Under the pieces are notes generated by a model. That model did not search any database and was not told the origin of the DNA. It saw only the letters and a program-made list of their open reading frames with translations. The translations under genes were made by a program, and so were the position numbers. Positions 27,972 through 38,500 of a DNA stretch of 64,000 nucleotides are shown one piece after another (the stretch's first letter is position 1; the number at the start of each line of letters is the position of its first letter). The stretch covers positions 1,065 through 65,064 of the forward strand of contig JAUSKM010000028.1 in NCBI GenBank assembly GCA_030646955.1. The letters are read 5' to 3'. Source of the stretch: a bacterium (GTDB taxonomy: Bacteria > Patescibacteriota > Patescibacteriia > JACPHY01).

Positions 27972-28664
27972 ATGGAACGCATCCACAAATTCATCGCGCG
28001 CGCGGGTGTGGTCTCGCGGCGCAAGGCGGAAGAGCTGATCGCGGCCGGCCGCGTGACGGTCAATGGCCGCCGTGCAGCCATTGGTATGTCTGTGGATCCC
28101 GTGACAGACGTGGTGGAAGTATCCGGCAAGCGCGTCGTGTTGCCGCAGTCGTACACCTACCTCCTCTTCCACAAACCCGCGGGGTTCGTGACAACGCGGT
28201 CGGACGAGCGCGGACGTCAGACCATTTACGATCTCCTCCCCAAGCAGTACCACACGCTCCGGTACGCCGGGCGGTTGGATAAGGATTCCGAAGGTCTTCT
28301 GCTGTTGACGGATGACGGTGATTTCATCGAGCGGCTCATGCACCCGCGCAACCGCGTGGAGAAGGAGTACGTCGTCTATCCCGCGTCACGTCCCACGTAC
28401 GGACAGATCGCAGCACTCCGCGGCGGCGCGATGGTGCACGGCAAACGCCACGCGCGCCCCGACCGCGTCACCACCATTGGCGGGAACGTCCATGTGATTG
28501 TGCGCGAGGGCGCCAAGCGCGAGGTGCGCTCGCTGTGCGCCTCCGCCGGCATTGATGTCGCGCGTCTCGTCCGCATCCGCATCGGCACCATCATGCTCCC
28601 GTCCGATCTTGCACCCGGAAAATGGCGTATCACGCAACGAGAACATCTGCTGGAGCACGAGTAA
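27972..28664 (+). CDS. rRNA pseudouridine synthase (RsuA/RluB family) with S4 domain
   Basis: SRRKAEELI S4 domain, KPAG, catalytic GRLDKDSEGLLLLTDDG. Confidence 0.93.
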   Translation: MERIHKFIARAGVVSRRKAEELIAAGRVTVNGRRAAIGMSVDPVTDVVEVSGKRVVLPQSYTYLLFHKPAGFVTTRSDERGRQTIYDLLPKQYHTLRYAGRLDKDSEGLLLLTDDGDFIERLMHPRNRVEKEYVVYPASRPTYGQIAALRGGAMVHGKRHARPDRVTTIGGNVHVIVREGAKREVRSLCASAGIDVARLVRIRIGTIMLPSDLAPGKWRITQREHLLEHE

Positions 28665-28689
28665 CCCCGCCGGAGCAATCCGGCGGGGT
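28664..28689. terminator. Hairpin between convergent genes
   Basis: ACCCCGCCGGA-GCAA-TCCGGCGGGGT. Confidence 0.6.
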
Positions 28690-28701
28690 GTGTGGTGCGC
28701 G

Positions 28702-29076
28702 TCATGCGGCGGGCGTTGGTGGAGTTTTTCCCATCATGCGTGCGCGGATGCGTCGGCGGATGGGGTGGACGCAATATGCCTCGAACATGCTGAGGGCGAT
28801 CAGGGGCGTGCCCACGATTGGGCCGATGGCAAGCCACATCAGGGTCGGAATGACGTCCCCGTGTGCCTCGATCCACCGAATGGTTGTTCCGATCCATGTG
28901 CGCTCGACGAACGTGCCGAACGCATCGAACCATTCGAGTGGCTCGCTGTCGTCGTGCGGCGTCTTCTCGATGGAGTCCAAAACAACACCGGTGAGGCGGA
29001 GCATGACCCAGCCCAGGAGGAGCCATGCGACGGACCAGATGATGCCCTTGCCAACGAATAGGTACACGATTTCCAC
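28702..29076 (-). CDS. Hypothetical membrane protein
   Basis: GTG after AAGGAG with a boxA-like GTACTTTGAACA upstream; hydrophobic segments. Confidence 0.65.
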   Translation of the reverse strand: MEIVYLFVGKGIIWSVAWLLLGWVMLRLTGVVLDSIEKTPHDDSEPLEWFDAFGTFVERTWIGTTIRWIEAHGDVIPTLMWLAIGPIVGTPLIALSMFEAYCVHPIRRRIRARMMGKTPPTPAA

Positions 29077-29145
29077 GAGTCGCTCCTTTCAGCGGAGTGG
29101 ATGTTCAAAGTACTAGTGGAAGCGTAGCAGAAGTTGCCGCGAAGG

Positions 29146-30540
29146 TCAAGTGAACGAAATGGGTTGCCCCTCCAGTGGCCGATCCACGCGCCAAGCGGGG
29201 TGGCGCTCCGCGAGTTGGGCGGCGAATGCCGCACGCGCGTCGTCCTCGCCGTGCACCAGGACAGCATGTCGGACGCCGGGGACGCGGTCAGCCCAGGCGA
29301 GGAGTTGTGGCTGGTCTGCGTGTGCGGAGAACGCGTCGAACGCAACTACCTCGGCGCGTACGGGGTACGACTCGCCGTGGAGCGTGACCTCCTTGGCACC
29401 GTCCTGGATGCGCCGGCCGGTGGTCCCCTTGGCTTGAAAACCGGTAATGAGTACCATGTTGCGTGGATCGGCAATCGTGTGGCGCAGGTGGTGGACGATG
29501 CGGCCGTTCGTCATCATGCCGGAGGCGGAGATGATTACCATCGGTCCGCTGGCGCTGTTGAGCGCCTTGGATTCGTCACGGGTATGCGTGAAGCGGAGGT
29601 TTTCAAATGCAAGCGGGACATGCTGCGCGCCCGGGAAATCACTGCGGGACTCGGCATCGTACGCATCGCGGTATTGCGCGTACACGGTGGTGAGCTCGCT
29701 TGCAAGCGGGGAGTCCACCACGATGGGAATGCGCGGGATACGACCGGCATCCGCTAGCTGGTGGAGGAGGTAGATGAGGAGTTGCGTGCGGCCCAGTGAG
29801 AACGCGGGGATCACGATGGTACCGCCGCGTGCCGCGCCACGTGACACGGCATCCGCCAGCGCGTCCGTGGCGCCGGGGAACGAGGGGTGCGCGCGATCGC
29901 CGTACGTCGTTTCGCATAGGAGCACATCGCACGGCTCCAGAGGCACCTCGGGGTTACGCAGAATGGGGACGTCTGCCGCGCCAAGGTCGCCAGAGAAACA
30001 GAGCGTGTGATCGGGGGAGAGGCGAAGGACGGGGACCGCCGAACCCAAGATGTGGCCTGCGTCGTAACATTTGAGCGCAATGCCATCCGCGATGTCGTGC
30101 CACGCGTTGCTTTCGTGTGCGTACGGGATCGCATCCACGCGCTCCATGGCGCGTTCGACGTCCTCCGGCGTCATCGTCGGTTTCCAATCCTCGGGATCGC
30201 CCAACGCGCGCCGCTTGCGAAACAGCGCGTCCTCCGCCGCGATCATCGCCGCGTCCAAGAGAATGAGCCGCATGATATCCCGTGTGGCCGCCGTCGCGTA
30301 CACGCGCCCGCGGAATCCGTCACGGACAAGCACGGGGAGCATTCCCGTATGGTCTGCGTGGGCGTGGGAGATCACCACCGCGTCAACATCACGCGGCGAA
30401 AACGGCAGCGTGCGATTGCGCCCGTCCGCATCCGGTCCTTGGAACATGCCGCAATCGAGCAGCACCGTCGCACGTTCGGTGGTAACAAGGTGCTTGGAGC
30501 CAGTCACACCGCCAGCGGCACCGTAACAGGTGAGCGTCAT
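29146..30540 (-). CDS. MBL-fold/beta-CASP ribonuclease (Ysh1/TTHA0252-like)
   Basis: Motifs LLDCGMFQG, SHAHADHTG, AGHILGS, FSGDLG, ETTYG, PAFSLGRTQ, FSAHAD and LVHGE. Confidence 0.93.
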   Translation of the reverse strand: MTLTCYGAAGGVTGSKHLVTTERATVLLDCGMFQGPDADGRNRTLPFSPRDVDAVVISHAHADHTGMLPVLVRDGFRGRVYATAATRDIMRLILLDAAMIAAEDALFRKRRALGDPEDWKPTMTPEDVERAMERVDAIPYAHESNAWHDIADGIALKCYDAGHILGSAVPVLRLSPDHTLCFSGDLGAADVPILRNPEVPLEPCDVLLCETTYGDRAHPSFPGATDALADAVSRGAARGGTIVIPAFSLGRTQLLIYLLHQLADAGRIPRIPIVVDSPLASELTTVYAQYRDAYDAESRSDFPGAQHVPLAFENLRFTHTRDESKALNSASGPMVIISASGMMTNGRIVHHLRHTIADPRNMVLITGFQAKGTTGRRIQDGAKEVTLHGESYPVRAEVVAFDAFSAHADQPQLLAWADRVPGVRHAVLVHGEDDARAAFAAQLAERHPAWRVDRPLEGQPISFT

Positions 30541-30738
30541 AGAAAGGCGCGAGCTGCGATTTCCGAGCTGCAGGAAAAGTGTACAGGAATAATGCCGAGG
30601 TACTCACAGCGATCAGCGAGATGCCCGACGTTCTTCTGACTGCATCGTACCATGCCGCAGCAGCACGACGGACGTGGTATTCTCAAGGAGTGGATTCTTC
30701 ATCGTTTCTTCCGAAACAGTATGATACATTGAGCATAT

Positions 30739-31074
30739 ATGAACTTCCTCATCCAATGGATTATCTACACGATTGCGATCGGCATTGCGGCGTACGTCCT
30801 ACCAGGCGTGCGTGTTGAGGGTGCCATTGCAGCGCTCATTGCCGCGCTCATTCTGGGTATTGTGAATGCGGTTCTGCGGCCGCTCCTTGTGCTGCTGACG
30901 CTGCCGGTGACGGTGGTAACGCTGGGGCTGTTCGTCTTTGTCATCAACGCATTCCTCGTCCTGCTCGCAGCGGCAATCGTTCCAGGGTTTTATGTGGCGG
31001 GATTTGGATGGGCGCTCCTCTTCAGCATCGTCCTCATGCTCGTCCATCTCGCGCTCAAGGGGTTGGCGAAATAG
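30739..31074 (+). CDS. 4-TM phage-holin-family (YvlD-like) membrane protein
   Basis: LGIVNAVLRPLL.LLTLP...TLGLF.FVINA motif. Confidence 0.85.
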   Translation: MNFLIQWIIYTIAIGIAAYVLPGVRVEGAIAALIAALILGIVNAVLRPLLVLLTLPVTVVTLGLFVFVINAFLVLLAAAIVPGFYVAGFGWALLFSIVLMLVHLALKGLAK

Positions 31075-31147
31075 TGCACTGCATCCATCACACGACACCA
31101 CCGGACGCGTGTCCGGTGGTGTCGTGTCGTACGGGAATTGTCTGCAA

Positions 31148-31600
31148 CTATCCTGCCATTTCCTTTCCGTTATGCATGGCTTTCGATTTCCCGCGCATGA
31201 GCGCGAACGCGCCACCGCCGGCCAATGCCAGCGCGAGCGAGATGCCAAAGAGTGCGAGCTCCAGGTCGCCCTTCGGGAGCGCGCGGCTCACCAAGAAGAA
31301 CGCGGTGGCCATCTCGATGGCGAAGAGCGCGGCGAGCGGCCGGACGAGGATGCCCAGGAGCAGCCCGATCCCTCCCGCAAACTCCAGGAGCGCAACAACC
31401 CATGCGGCAATCCCTGCGGCGGGGACGCCCAACGATCCGAAGAATCCCGTCACGCCCTCGATACCTGGCGCGCCGAAGAGCTTGCCGTACCCATGGAAGA
31501 TGAAGATCGCGGCAGCGACGACACGGAGCACGAGGAGCGCGAGATCAACGCACTTTCCGCTGCACGGGCCGCCGTGCTCGCAGGTAAACATGCTGCACAT
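31148..31600 (-). CDS. DoxX family membrane protein
   Basis: LRVV...F.FHGYGKL, LEFAGG..LLLG...R..A and GGGAFAL motifs. Confidence 0.88.
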   Translation of the reverse strand: MCSMFTCEHGGPCSGKCVDLALLVLRVVAAAIFIFHGYGKLFGAPGIEGVTGFFGSLGVPAAGIAAWVVALLEFAGGIGLLLGILVRPLAALFAIEMATAFFLVSRALPKGDLELALFGISLALALAGGGAFALMRGKSKAMHNGKEMAG

Positions 31601-31692
31601 AGGGCAGATGGCTACAATGATGAATGATGGAACCAGTATAGCATGTGGTACGCTAGGAGAGCGTTGAACATTGAGCGTGCAGGAGAAACGCT

Positions 31693-31908
31693 ATGGCTAG
31701 CGAATCGCAGGAGAGTGTGGACGTTCGGCTTGATGCGCTCACGGAGAAGATTGACGAAATCCAACGGTCATTGGATCGTATGCGGCGAGCCGCGTACATT
31801 CGGCTTGTGCTCACCATTATCATCGTGGTGCTGCCGCTCATTGGGCTCGTCGCCACGCTTCCGCGGATGTTTACGATGCTATCCAACAGCGACATCCTTG
31901 GCCTCTAG
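31693..31908 (+). CDS. Small single-TM protein
   Basis: AGGAG SD; coiled N-terminus followed by a TM segment. Confidence 0.65.
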   Translation: MASESQESVDVRLDALTEKIDEIQRSLDRMRRAAYIRLVLTIIIVVLPLIGLVATLPRMFTMLSNSDILGL

Positions 31909-31954
31909 CCCCCGGGCTTGCTGGCGCGTATCCGTGTTGCATTATAGAGGGCAT

Positions 31955-33616
31955 ATGACGGTATGGTATCGAAAACCCTGGTTTTTTATTGCTGTCCTTG
32001 CGTGTATCGCGGGGACAGCATGGATTGTGGTAGCGCAGCGCGGGAGCGAGGCACCGGCGTACGATACGTTCTTGGTGGCGCCGCGCGATGTGGTGCGGGA
32101 GGTGGCGACGACCGGAACCGTTGAGGCCGCGGATACGGTTGCGCTTGCATTTTCAGTGAGCGGCCGCATTGCGCGGGTCGCGGTTGCTGTGGGCGATCGG
32201 GTTGCTGCCGGCGCCGTGCTGGTCACGCTGGAGCAAGCCGACCTCTTTGCGGCGCGGGCGCAGGAAGAGGCCGCTGCAGCAGCAGAACATGCGGAGCTTG
32301 CGGCGTTACGCATCGGGACACGGACGGAAGAGCTACGCGTGAAGGAGGCGAGCCGCGAGAACGCACAGCGGTCGCTTGCGGATGCCGAGGGAACGCTGGC
32401 GAACGTCATCGCAAAGGCGAATGCAGACCTCGCCGCACACTACGACAGCGCGCCGAATGTGCTACGCGATGCGTACACAAAAGCAGACGATGCGGTGCGC
32501 AAGCAGACGGACGAGCTTTTCATGAACGATGCGACGGACAATCCGCAACTCACGTTTCAAACCGCCGATATGCAGGCGGAAATTGACGCGGAGCGCGACC
32601 GGCGTGGCGTTGAGGTTGTCCTGCAACGGTGGCCGTCGCGTACGGCGACGCTTGAGAGCATTGGCGATTCTGAGTTGGATGCGATGCTCGCAATCATGAC
32701 GGCGGACGCGAGCACCATTCGTTCGTTCCTGGAGCGCGCGTCCGCTGCGGTGAATGCAGCGTCGAACATCAATCAAGCGACCATCACCGCGTATAAGGCG
32801 AACATCGGTACGGCGCGTGCGAATATTGATACGGTGCAGGCGGCAGTGGATGATCAGATCCAGGACATTGCGCTTCAGCGCGTGACGAATCACAACGCAG
32901 TCGCAGCCGCGCAGGCAGACGTGACGATCGCACGCAATGCGTTGGTGGCGGCGGATGCAGCGCTGGCGCTCGCTCGGGCAGCGGCAACGCCAGAAACGAT
33001 TGCGGTGCAGGAGGCGGCGGTTGCTGCTGCGAACGCGCGTGTGGCGCGTGTGGATGCGGACCTCGCAAAGACGGTGCTCCGTGCTCCGTTTGGAGGCGTG
33101 GCATCGGTGGTGGATGCAAACGCGGGAGCGATCGCAACCGTTGGCGCGCCGCTGGTGACTATTCTCGCAGACGCTGCATTCGAAATCACCGCGAACATTC
33201 CAGAGGTAGACCTTGCGGGTCTTGCGGTGGGGCAAATGGCGTCGGTCACGCTGGATGCGTACGGGTCGGAGGAGGTGTTTCGCACAACGCTCGTCTCGAT
33301 TGATCCCGCGGCGACACTGGTTGAAGGAGTGCCAACGTACAAAACGACGCTCGTTTTTGACGAGACGGATGATCGGATACGCGCAGGCATGACGGCGGAT
33401 GTCACGATTGCCGTGGATCAACGCATGCGCGTCCTTGCGATTCCGCAGCGCGCCATCATCCGGCGCGAGGGCATTGTACTGGTGCGTGTGCTCCGTGGTG
33501 ATTGGGTTGAGGAAGTGCCGGTTTCCGTGGGACTGCGGGGTTCAGATGGATTTATAGAAATCGTGGATGGGCTGGATGCGGGCGACACGATCGTACGCTC
33601 GTTCGACGTGGAATAG
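31955..33616 (+). CDS. Efflux RND/MacA-like periplasmic adaptor with long coiled coil
   Basis: N-terminal TM; SGRIARVAVAVGDRV, LRAPFGG and RAGMTA motifs. Confidence 0.9.
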   Translation: MTVWYRKPWFFIAVLACIAGTAWIVVAQRGSEAPAYDTFLVAPRDVVREVATTGTVEAADTVALAFSVSGRIARVAVAVGDRVAAGAVLVTLEQADLFAARAQEEAAAAAEHAELAALRIGTRTEELRVKEASRENAQRSLADAEGTLANVIAKANADLAAHYDSAPNVLRDAYTKADDAVRKQTDELFMNDATDNPQLTFQTADMQAEIDAERDRRGVEVVLQRWPSRTATLESIGDSELDAMLAIMTADASTIRSFLERASAAVNAASNINQATITAYKANIGTARANIDTVQAAVDDQIQDIALQRVTNHNAVAAAQADVTIARNALVAADAALALARAAATPETIAVQEAAVAAANARVARVDADLAKTVLRAPFGGVASVVDANAGAIATVGAPLVTILADAAFEITANIPEVDLAGLAVGQMASVTLDAYGSEEVFRTTLVSIDPAATLVEGVPTYKTTLVFDETDDRIRAGMTADVTIAVDQRMRVLAIPQRAIIRREGIVLVRVLRGDWVEEVPVSVGLRGSDGFIEIVDGLDAGDTIVRSFDVE

Positions 33617-33618
33617 CT

Positions 33619-34332
33619 ATGGCGCTCATCCAGATCGCGGACCTCACGAAGATATACGGCGAGGGTGCAGCGGCAACCCCGGCGCTTGCCGGGGTTTCGT
33701 GCGCGGTGGAGCGCGGGGAGTATGTTGCGGTGATGGGCCCGTCGGGGTCTGGGAAATCCACATTCCTCCACATCCTCGGGCTTCTGGATCGCCCGACGAG
33801 CGGTTCGTACGTCCTGGATGGCGCATCGGTGGCGGAGCTGGACGATGATGTGTTGGCGCGATTACGCAATGAGCGCATCGGATTCATCTTCCAGCAGTTC
33901 AATCTGCTTCCGCGTGCGACCGTACGCGAGAACGTGCAGCTTCCGCTCCTCTACTCGAACGTCCCAGAGCGCGAATGGCCTGCGATTATCGAGCGTGCCG
34001 TTGCGCGCGTGGGGCTCATGCAGCGGATGGAGCACACCCGCGCACAGCTTTCCGGCGGGGAGCAGCAGCGCGTCGCCATCGCCCGCGCACTTGCGCGCGA
34101 TCCGCAGATCATCTTTGCAGATGAGCCAACAGGCAACCTCGACAGCGCCTCCGGCCGGCAGGTGATGGAGCTTCTGGAACAGCTGCATGCGGACGGGCAC
34201 ACCATCATGCTCATTACGCACGAGCAGGCCACAGCCGAGCACGCGCAGCGCATCCTGCGCCTGCATGATGGCCATCTCGAGTCCGACACGCGCGTCGCCC
34301 AGCGTCGTACCGCCGCTCAGTTCACCCGGTGA
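33619..34332 (+). CDS. ABC transporter ATP-binding protein (MacB/LolD-like)
   Basis: GPSGSGKST, LSGGEQQRVAIARAL and ADEPTGNLD. Confidence 0.95.
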   Translation: MALIQIADLTKIYGEGAAATPALAGVSCAVERGEYVAVMGPSGSGKSTFLHILGLLDRPTSGSYVLDGASVAELDDDVLARLRNERIGFIFQQFNLLPRATVRENVQLPLLYSNVPEREWPAIIERAVARVGLMQRMEHTRAQLSGGEQQRVAIARALARDPQIIFADEPTGNLDSASGRQVMELLEQLHADGHTIMLITHEQATAEHAQRILRLHDGHLESDTRVAQRRTAAQFTR

Positions 34333-34545
34333 GCACATGTTCCTGGCCTCCCCCTCCCCGCTGTACCCAAGGGGGAGGGGGAGAGGTGGCTATGCATGGC
34401 TGTGCGATGGTGCGATTTCGCCCCACCCCTCCCTCCCCCCGAGGACGCGGGGAGGGAGGGGATGAGATGGGGTTATAACCGACAGGAAAGTTGGAAGAAC
34501 CGCAAAGAATATCCGTGATCTCATCCGAATAGCTTGCAGCTTCCT

Positions 34546-35793
34546 ATGACCCCCTTGCGTCTTCGCCACACGTTCCGCACCGCGCTCAGTGCGCTTGCGC
34601 GGACCAAGCGCCGCACCGCGCTCACCATTCTGGGTATCGTGATCGGCGTCGCGGCGATCATGCTGGTGACCGCTGTCGGGCAAGGCGCACAGAACCTCAT
34701 CCTGGACCAGGTGAGCGCGTTTGGTGCGGAGACGATTTTCATCGAACCCGGACGCGAGCCCAAGGGACCGGCGGATTTCGCAGAGCTATTCACGGATTCT
34801 CTCACGCGGCGTGATGTCGCCGCGCTGCGACGGTCCGAGTACGTCCAGGGCATCGCGTCCGTGACACCAATGGTTGCGCACGTTGCGCCCGTGCAATACA
34901 GGAATGAGACGGTGCGCGGACAAATTCGTGGCGCGACGGAGGAGTTCGACGTGATTCTTGATGTTGCACTTGCAGAAGGATTGTTTTTCACCGCAGATGA
35001 TGTGGAGCGTCGCGCAAGCGTTGCGGTCATCGGCGCAGAGGTGCGCGATGAGCTGTTCGGGCCATCCGATGCCGTGGGCGAGCAGGTGACCATCAAGGGT
35101 CGTCCATTCCGCGTGATCGGCGTGCTTGAACGCAAAGGCGCGGCGAGTTTCATCCCGTATGATGATCTGGTAGTGGTGCCAGTCACATCTGCGCAGGCGT
35201 ATCTGCTGGGTATTAATTACTATCATTTCATTGCCGCGCGTGCAGCGCCGGGTGCGGATGTGGCCCGCGTGGCGCGGGAGATCACGCTCACGTTGCGGGA
35301 GCAGCACGACATCACGGATCCGGAGAAAGATGATTTCCATGTCATGACGCAGGATGACGCGGTGGAGCGCATCGGGGTCATCGGCACCGCACTCACCGCA
35401 CTCCTCACGTCCATTGCCGCCATCGCGCTGGTGGTGGGCGGCATCGGCATCATGAACATCATGCTCGTAGCGGTAACGGAACGCACGCGCGAAATCGGAT
35501 TGCGCAAGGCGCTGGGTGCGCGTGGGCGCGATATTCGTCTCCAGTTCCTCCTGGAGTCCATTGCGCTCACCACCATCGGCGGGGCGATCGGTGTCATCCT
35601 CGGCACGTCATTAGCATTCATCATCGCACTCGTCCTCTCGCGCACGGTCGCTGCCGGATGGACGTACCACTTCCCGCTGGGCGCGACGCTCGTTGGCCTG
35701 GCTGTCTCTGCTACGATTGGTATCGTTTTCGGTTTCTATCCCGCATCCCAAGCAGCCAAGAAGTCTCCCATGGAGGCATTGCGGGCAGAGTAG
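34546..35793 (+). CDS. ABC transporter permease (MacB/FtsX family)
   Basis: LTILGIVIGV and GGIGIMNIML.AVTERTREIGLRKALGA motifs. Confidence 0.95.
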   Translation: MTPLRLRHTFRTALSALARTKRRTALTILGIVIGVAAIMLVTAVGQGAQNLILDQVSAFGAETIFIEPGREPKGPADFAELFTDSLTRRDVAALRRSEYVQGIASVTPMVAHVAPVQYRNETVRGQIRGATEEFDVILDVALAEGLFFTADDVERRASVAVIGAEVRDELFGPSDAVGEQVTIKGRPFRVIGVLERKGAASFIPYDDLVVVPVTSAQAYLLGINYYHFIAARAAPGADVARVAREITLTLREQHDITDPEKDDFHVMTQDDAVERIGVIGTALTALLTSIAAIALVVGGIGIMNIMLVAVTERTREIGLRKALGARGRDIRLQFLLESIALTTIGGAIGVILGTSLAFIIALVLSRTVAAGWTYHFPLGATLVGLAVSATIGIVFGFYPASQAAKKSPMEALRAE

Positions 35794-35865
35794 ATTGACG
35801 TGGTATCGCTGCAATGGTACGGTGGCAGCGGCCTGCTGTTCCTTTCCAACGTAGGAGGTGGCGCA

Positions 35866-36726
35866 GTGGAAGACGGGAGTGTCGCGGGGAGTGCCCGCAG
35901 GAACGAGCGCGTGCGGCTTGAGTTCGCGCACCGTGATGTGGCGATGGCAGACCGACTGCGTGCCGCCGCGCAGCGCAAGCCGATCGCACTGGAGATCGAG
36001 CACGTCACCGTGCATACGACGACGCGGTACGCAGGCGGCATCGGGCGAGCGACACTCGACCCGGCAAACCCGCTGCAGGTGCGGCGTGTGCTGCGTTCGA
36101 ACCGTGCGTTCGACCTCGCACACCCGCCATCGTACGCACGCATGCGGCGCATGATGTTCATGTGCCCGCCGCTGTTTGTAGGGTCCGGCGACTACCTCCT
36201 CTCGTATCTCGCGCGCGGAAAGCGGCACCATCGCAGCTCATCCGATCGCTACCTCGCATGTCTCGCGCAGGTGGCGCCAGAGCTTGCGTCGGATTTGTAC
36301 CTCCGCTTGCGCATCCGGGAGGATGGCGTACGCGAGTTACTCCGCCAGAGCGAACGGTCGAACGCAAGTGACCGTGAGGTGCTCTTTGGACAACTGCGTC
36401 GCACGGATCGCCCGTTGTCGTTCGAGCGTCGCACCGTGCTCGTAGATGCGCAGGACATGGTGACGGGGCGGCATACGACGTACGATACGGAACGCCTGTA
36501 TGACGCGCACGAGCTCCACTGCGTACTCGAGCAGGCGCTCTCTACGTTGTCGTCGCGTCGCGGGGAGTACATCGTACGAGAACGTTTCTATCGAGGACGC
36601 ACGCTTGAAGAAGTTGGGCAGGACCTCGAGTTGACCAAAGAGCGCATCCGAGTGCTCGAGTCAAAGGCGCTCCGGAAGCTCCGCCACCTGGCGCACTCCC
36701 TACACCTCAAGGTGTTTGTTGAGTGA
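35866..36726 (+). CDS. Protein with C-terminal sigma70 region-4 HTH
   Basis: TLEEVGQDLELTKERIRVLESKALRKLRH; GTG start after AGGAGGT. Confidence 0.75.
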   Translation: MEDGSVAGSARRNERVRLEFAHRDVAMADRLRAAAQRKPIALEIEHVTVHTTTRYAGGIGRATLDPANPLQVRRVLRSNRAFDLAHPPSYARMRRMMFMCPPLFVGSGDYLLSYLARGKRHHRSSSDRYLACLAQVAPELASDLYLRLRIREDGVRELLRQSERSNASDREVLFGQLRRTDRPLSFERRTVLVDAQDMVTGRHTTYDTERLYDAHELHCVLEQALSTLSSRRGEYIVRERFYRGRTLEEVGQDLELTKERIRVLESKALRKLRHLAHSLHLKVFVE

Positions 36727-36839
36727 ACGTAACCGCACCACACCCGGCGTGTAATCGAGAACCGCAGCAGATATCCTGCTGCGATTTTCTCTTTGTTGAG
36801 TGTATTTTTAGGCATTATGCACGCGAGGTCATGGGGGGC

Positions 36840-36867
36840 TTGACAATTCCTGTGGGTATGGTACTAT
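36840..36867 (+). promoter_or_regulatory. sigma70 promoter for the RRM gene
   Basis: TTGACA, 16-bp spacer, TG-extended TACTAT; ~150-nt leader. Confidence 0.65.
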
Positions 36868-37021
36868 AGATATTCGGTACAGGTGGCACGAACGCGTGCT
36901 GATGTCCGGGCAGTAGGATATCGTGAAGCTTCTCAGTAGTGGGTGTGAAGAGTGGTCCGTCAGTTTGACGTGGCCCAGAAGTCAAACGTTAGGTCGGCCT
37001 ACTCATTAACACATCCATACT

Positions 37022-37288
37022 ATGACCAAACTCTACATTGGAAACCTTCCGTACTCCACGGGGGATAACGAGCTTCGCGCTGCTTTCGAGCAGGCAGGTT
37101 CGTCCCTCACGGCTGCGGAGGTCGTCATGGATCGCGACACGGGTCGCTCCCGCGGGTTCGGCTTCGTCTCTTTTGATGACGATGCTGACGCCCAGGCCGC
37201 TGTCTCCATGTGGGACGGCAAGGAGCTCGACGGTCGCGCTCTCAAGGTGAACGTCGCGCGCCCGCGCGAGGAACGCTCGTCCTTCTAA
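37022..37288 (+). CDS. RRM-domain RNA-binding protein
   Basis: RNP2 LYIGNL, RNP1 RGFGFVSF, LKVNVARPRE. Confidence 0.95.
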   Translation: MTKLYIGNLPYSTGDNELRAAFEQAGSSLTAAEVVMDRDTGRSRGFGFVSFDDDADAQAAVSMWDGKELDGRALKVNVARPREERSSF

Positions 37289-37392
37289 GGACGGTCGAAC
37301 ACCACCACGGTATACACCCCGCTCATAACGAGCGGGGTGTCGTGGTATGTACGGAGCTGGAACAGTGCGAGCGCACCAGAATTCATACCCGA

Positions 37393-37932
37393 TCACGCGG
37401 ATGCGGTTTTTCGGGTCACGGTCTCGTGCTGTCTTCCCACTCGCATGGTGCTTGGCGGTGGTTCCTGCTGAAAATATCGCGCGACCACGCGTGTATGCAT
37501 GGGGAACGCAAGTGACGCAACGTGATTGATGACAGTGCGCTCGAGCGTTTCTGCGGTGGCAGCAAATGGCGGTAGCGTATCGGCACTCACGCGCGGCATG
37601 AGGGCGAACAGGATAACTTTCAAACCGTCTGGCGTGCTCACCGCGTCAAAGAGCGTAACGCGCTCGGGCACAACAATCATGCCGGTTTCTTCCGCAAGTT
37701 CGCGCACGGCGCCTTGCTGCCAGGTTTCGCCCCAATCGAGATACCCACCGGGCAGCGCGAGCTTGCCGCGTTCGGGCTCGATGCCGCGCCTGATGACCAG
37801 CACGCCGTCATCGATGGGCTGGATGATCACCACCACGGGAATCGGATTACGGTACGCGGTGTGCCCGCAGGCAACGCAGGTGCGCGGCCAGGTATCGGTT
37901 TCGTATTTCACGCCGCAGTTCGTGCAGTGCAT
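37393..37932 (-). CDS. NUDIX hydrolase with N-terminal zinc ribbon
   Basis: CTNCG...CVACG; Nudix box GGYLDWGETWQQGAVRELAEETG. Confidence 0.9.
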   Translation of the reverse strand: MHCTNCGVKYETDTWPRTCVACGHTAYRNPIPVVVIIQPIDDGVLVIRRGIEPERGKLALPGGYLDWGETWQQGAVRELAEETGMIVVPERVTLFDAVSTPDGLKVILFALMPRVSADTLPPFAATAETLERTVINHVASLAFPMHTRVVARYFQQEPPPSTMRVGRQHETVTRKTASA

Positions 37933-37943
37933 TGTTCCTCCGA

Positions 37944-38279
37944 TCAGTAGTCCCACTCAAGTTCAAGTCCTTCGATTTCGAGTGCTTTCTCTACCGCCTT
38001 ACCGTCCACATTGGTGATGCGGACATTTTGGACCCGGATGCCGCGTTTGGTTTCGCTGAGAAAGCGCTCCACGATGACATGTTCGCCGTCATGGAGGATT
38101 TCATATTTGTCCCACGGAAGCTCGACCCGTGCGTTGGTGCCTTCCTCGTACGTTGCATCCTCCGTTCCGGTGTGGAATCCGCCAGCGAAGATTTTTGGCT
38201 TGCACACCACGAGGATGCATCCGGACGGCACGGCAATCGTGGCGATATGGGTAGGATCGTCATGGCGTTGCATGGTCAC
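37944..38279 (-). CDS. Hypothetical protein
   Basis: Start overlaps the upstream stop; operon context. Confidence 0.65.
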   Translation of the reverse strand: MTMQRHDDPTHIATIAVPSGCILVVCKPKIFAGGFHTGTEDATYEEGTNARVELPWDKYEILHDGEHVIVERFLSETKRGIRVQNVRITNVDGKAVEKALEIEGLELEWDY

Positions 38280-38473
38280 CTTCTCCGCAGTCGCGCTTCC
38301 TTGGCGCGAATGCGTATGGTGCGGCCATCTCGTCCTTGTTGTCGTAGTTCTTCGTCGAGATGCTGTTCATGCTCCGCATCCGTCTCGTAGACGTTGTGTC
38401 CGCATGCCAGGCAGATTTCCGTGAACTGCTGGATGGGGCCTTTGTGCTTACCATTGGGGCATCGTGGGCGCAT
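38276..38473 (-). CDS. Small Cys/His zinc-finger-like protein
   Basis: GGAG SD; CPNGKH...CLACG. Confidence 0.65.
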   Translation of the reverse strand: MRPRCPNGKHKGPIQQFTEICLACGHNVYETDAEHEQHLDEELRQQGRDGRTIRIRAKEARLRRR

Positions 38474-38500
38474 TGGCGTTCTCCGTGATTTGTTTGGTGT

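Noticed and set aside
30739-31074. Prophage suggested by the holin-family gene
   Set aside because: This family is common in chromosomes, and no phage structural, integrase or lysin genes are nearby
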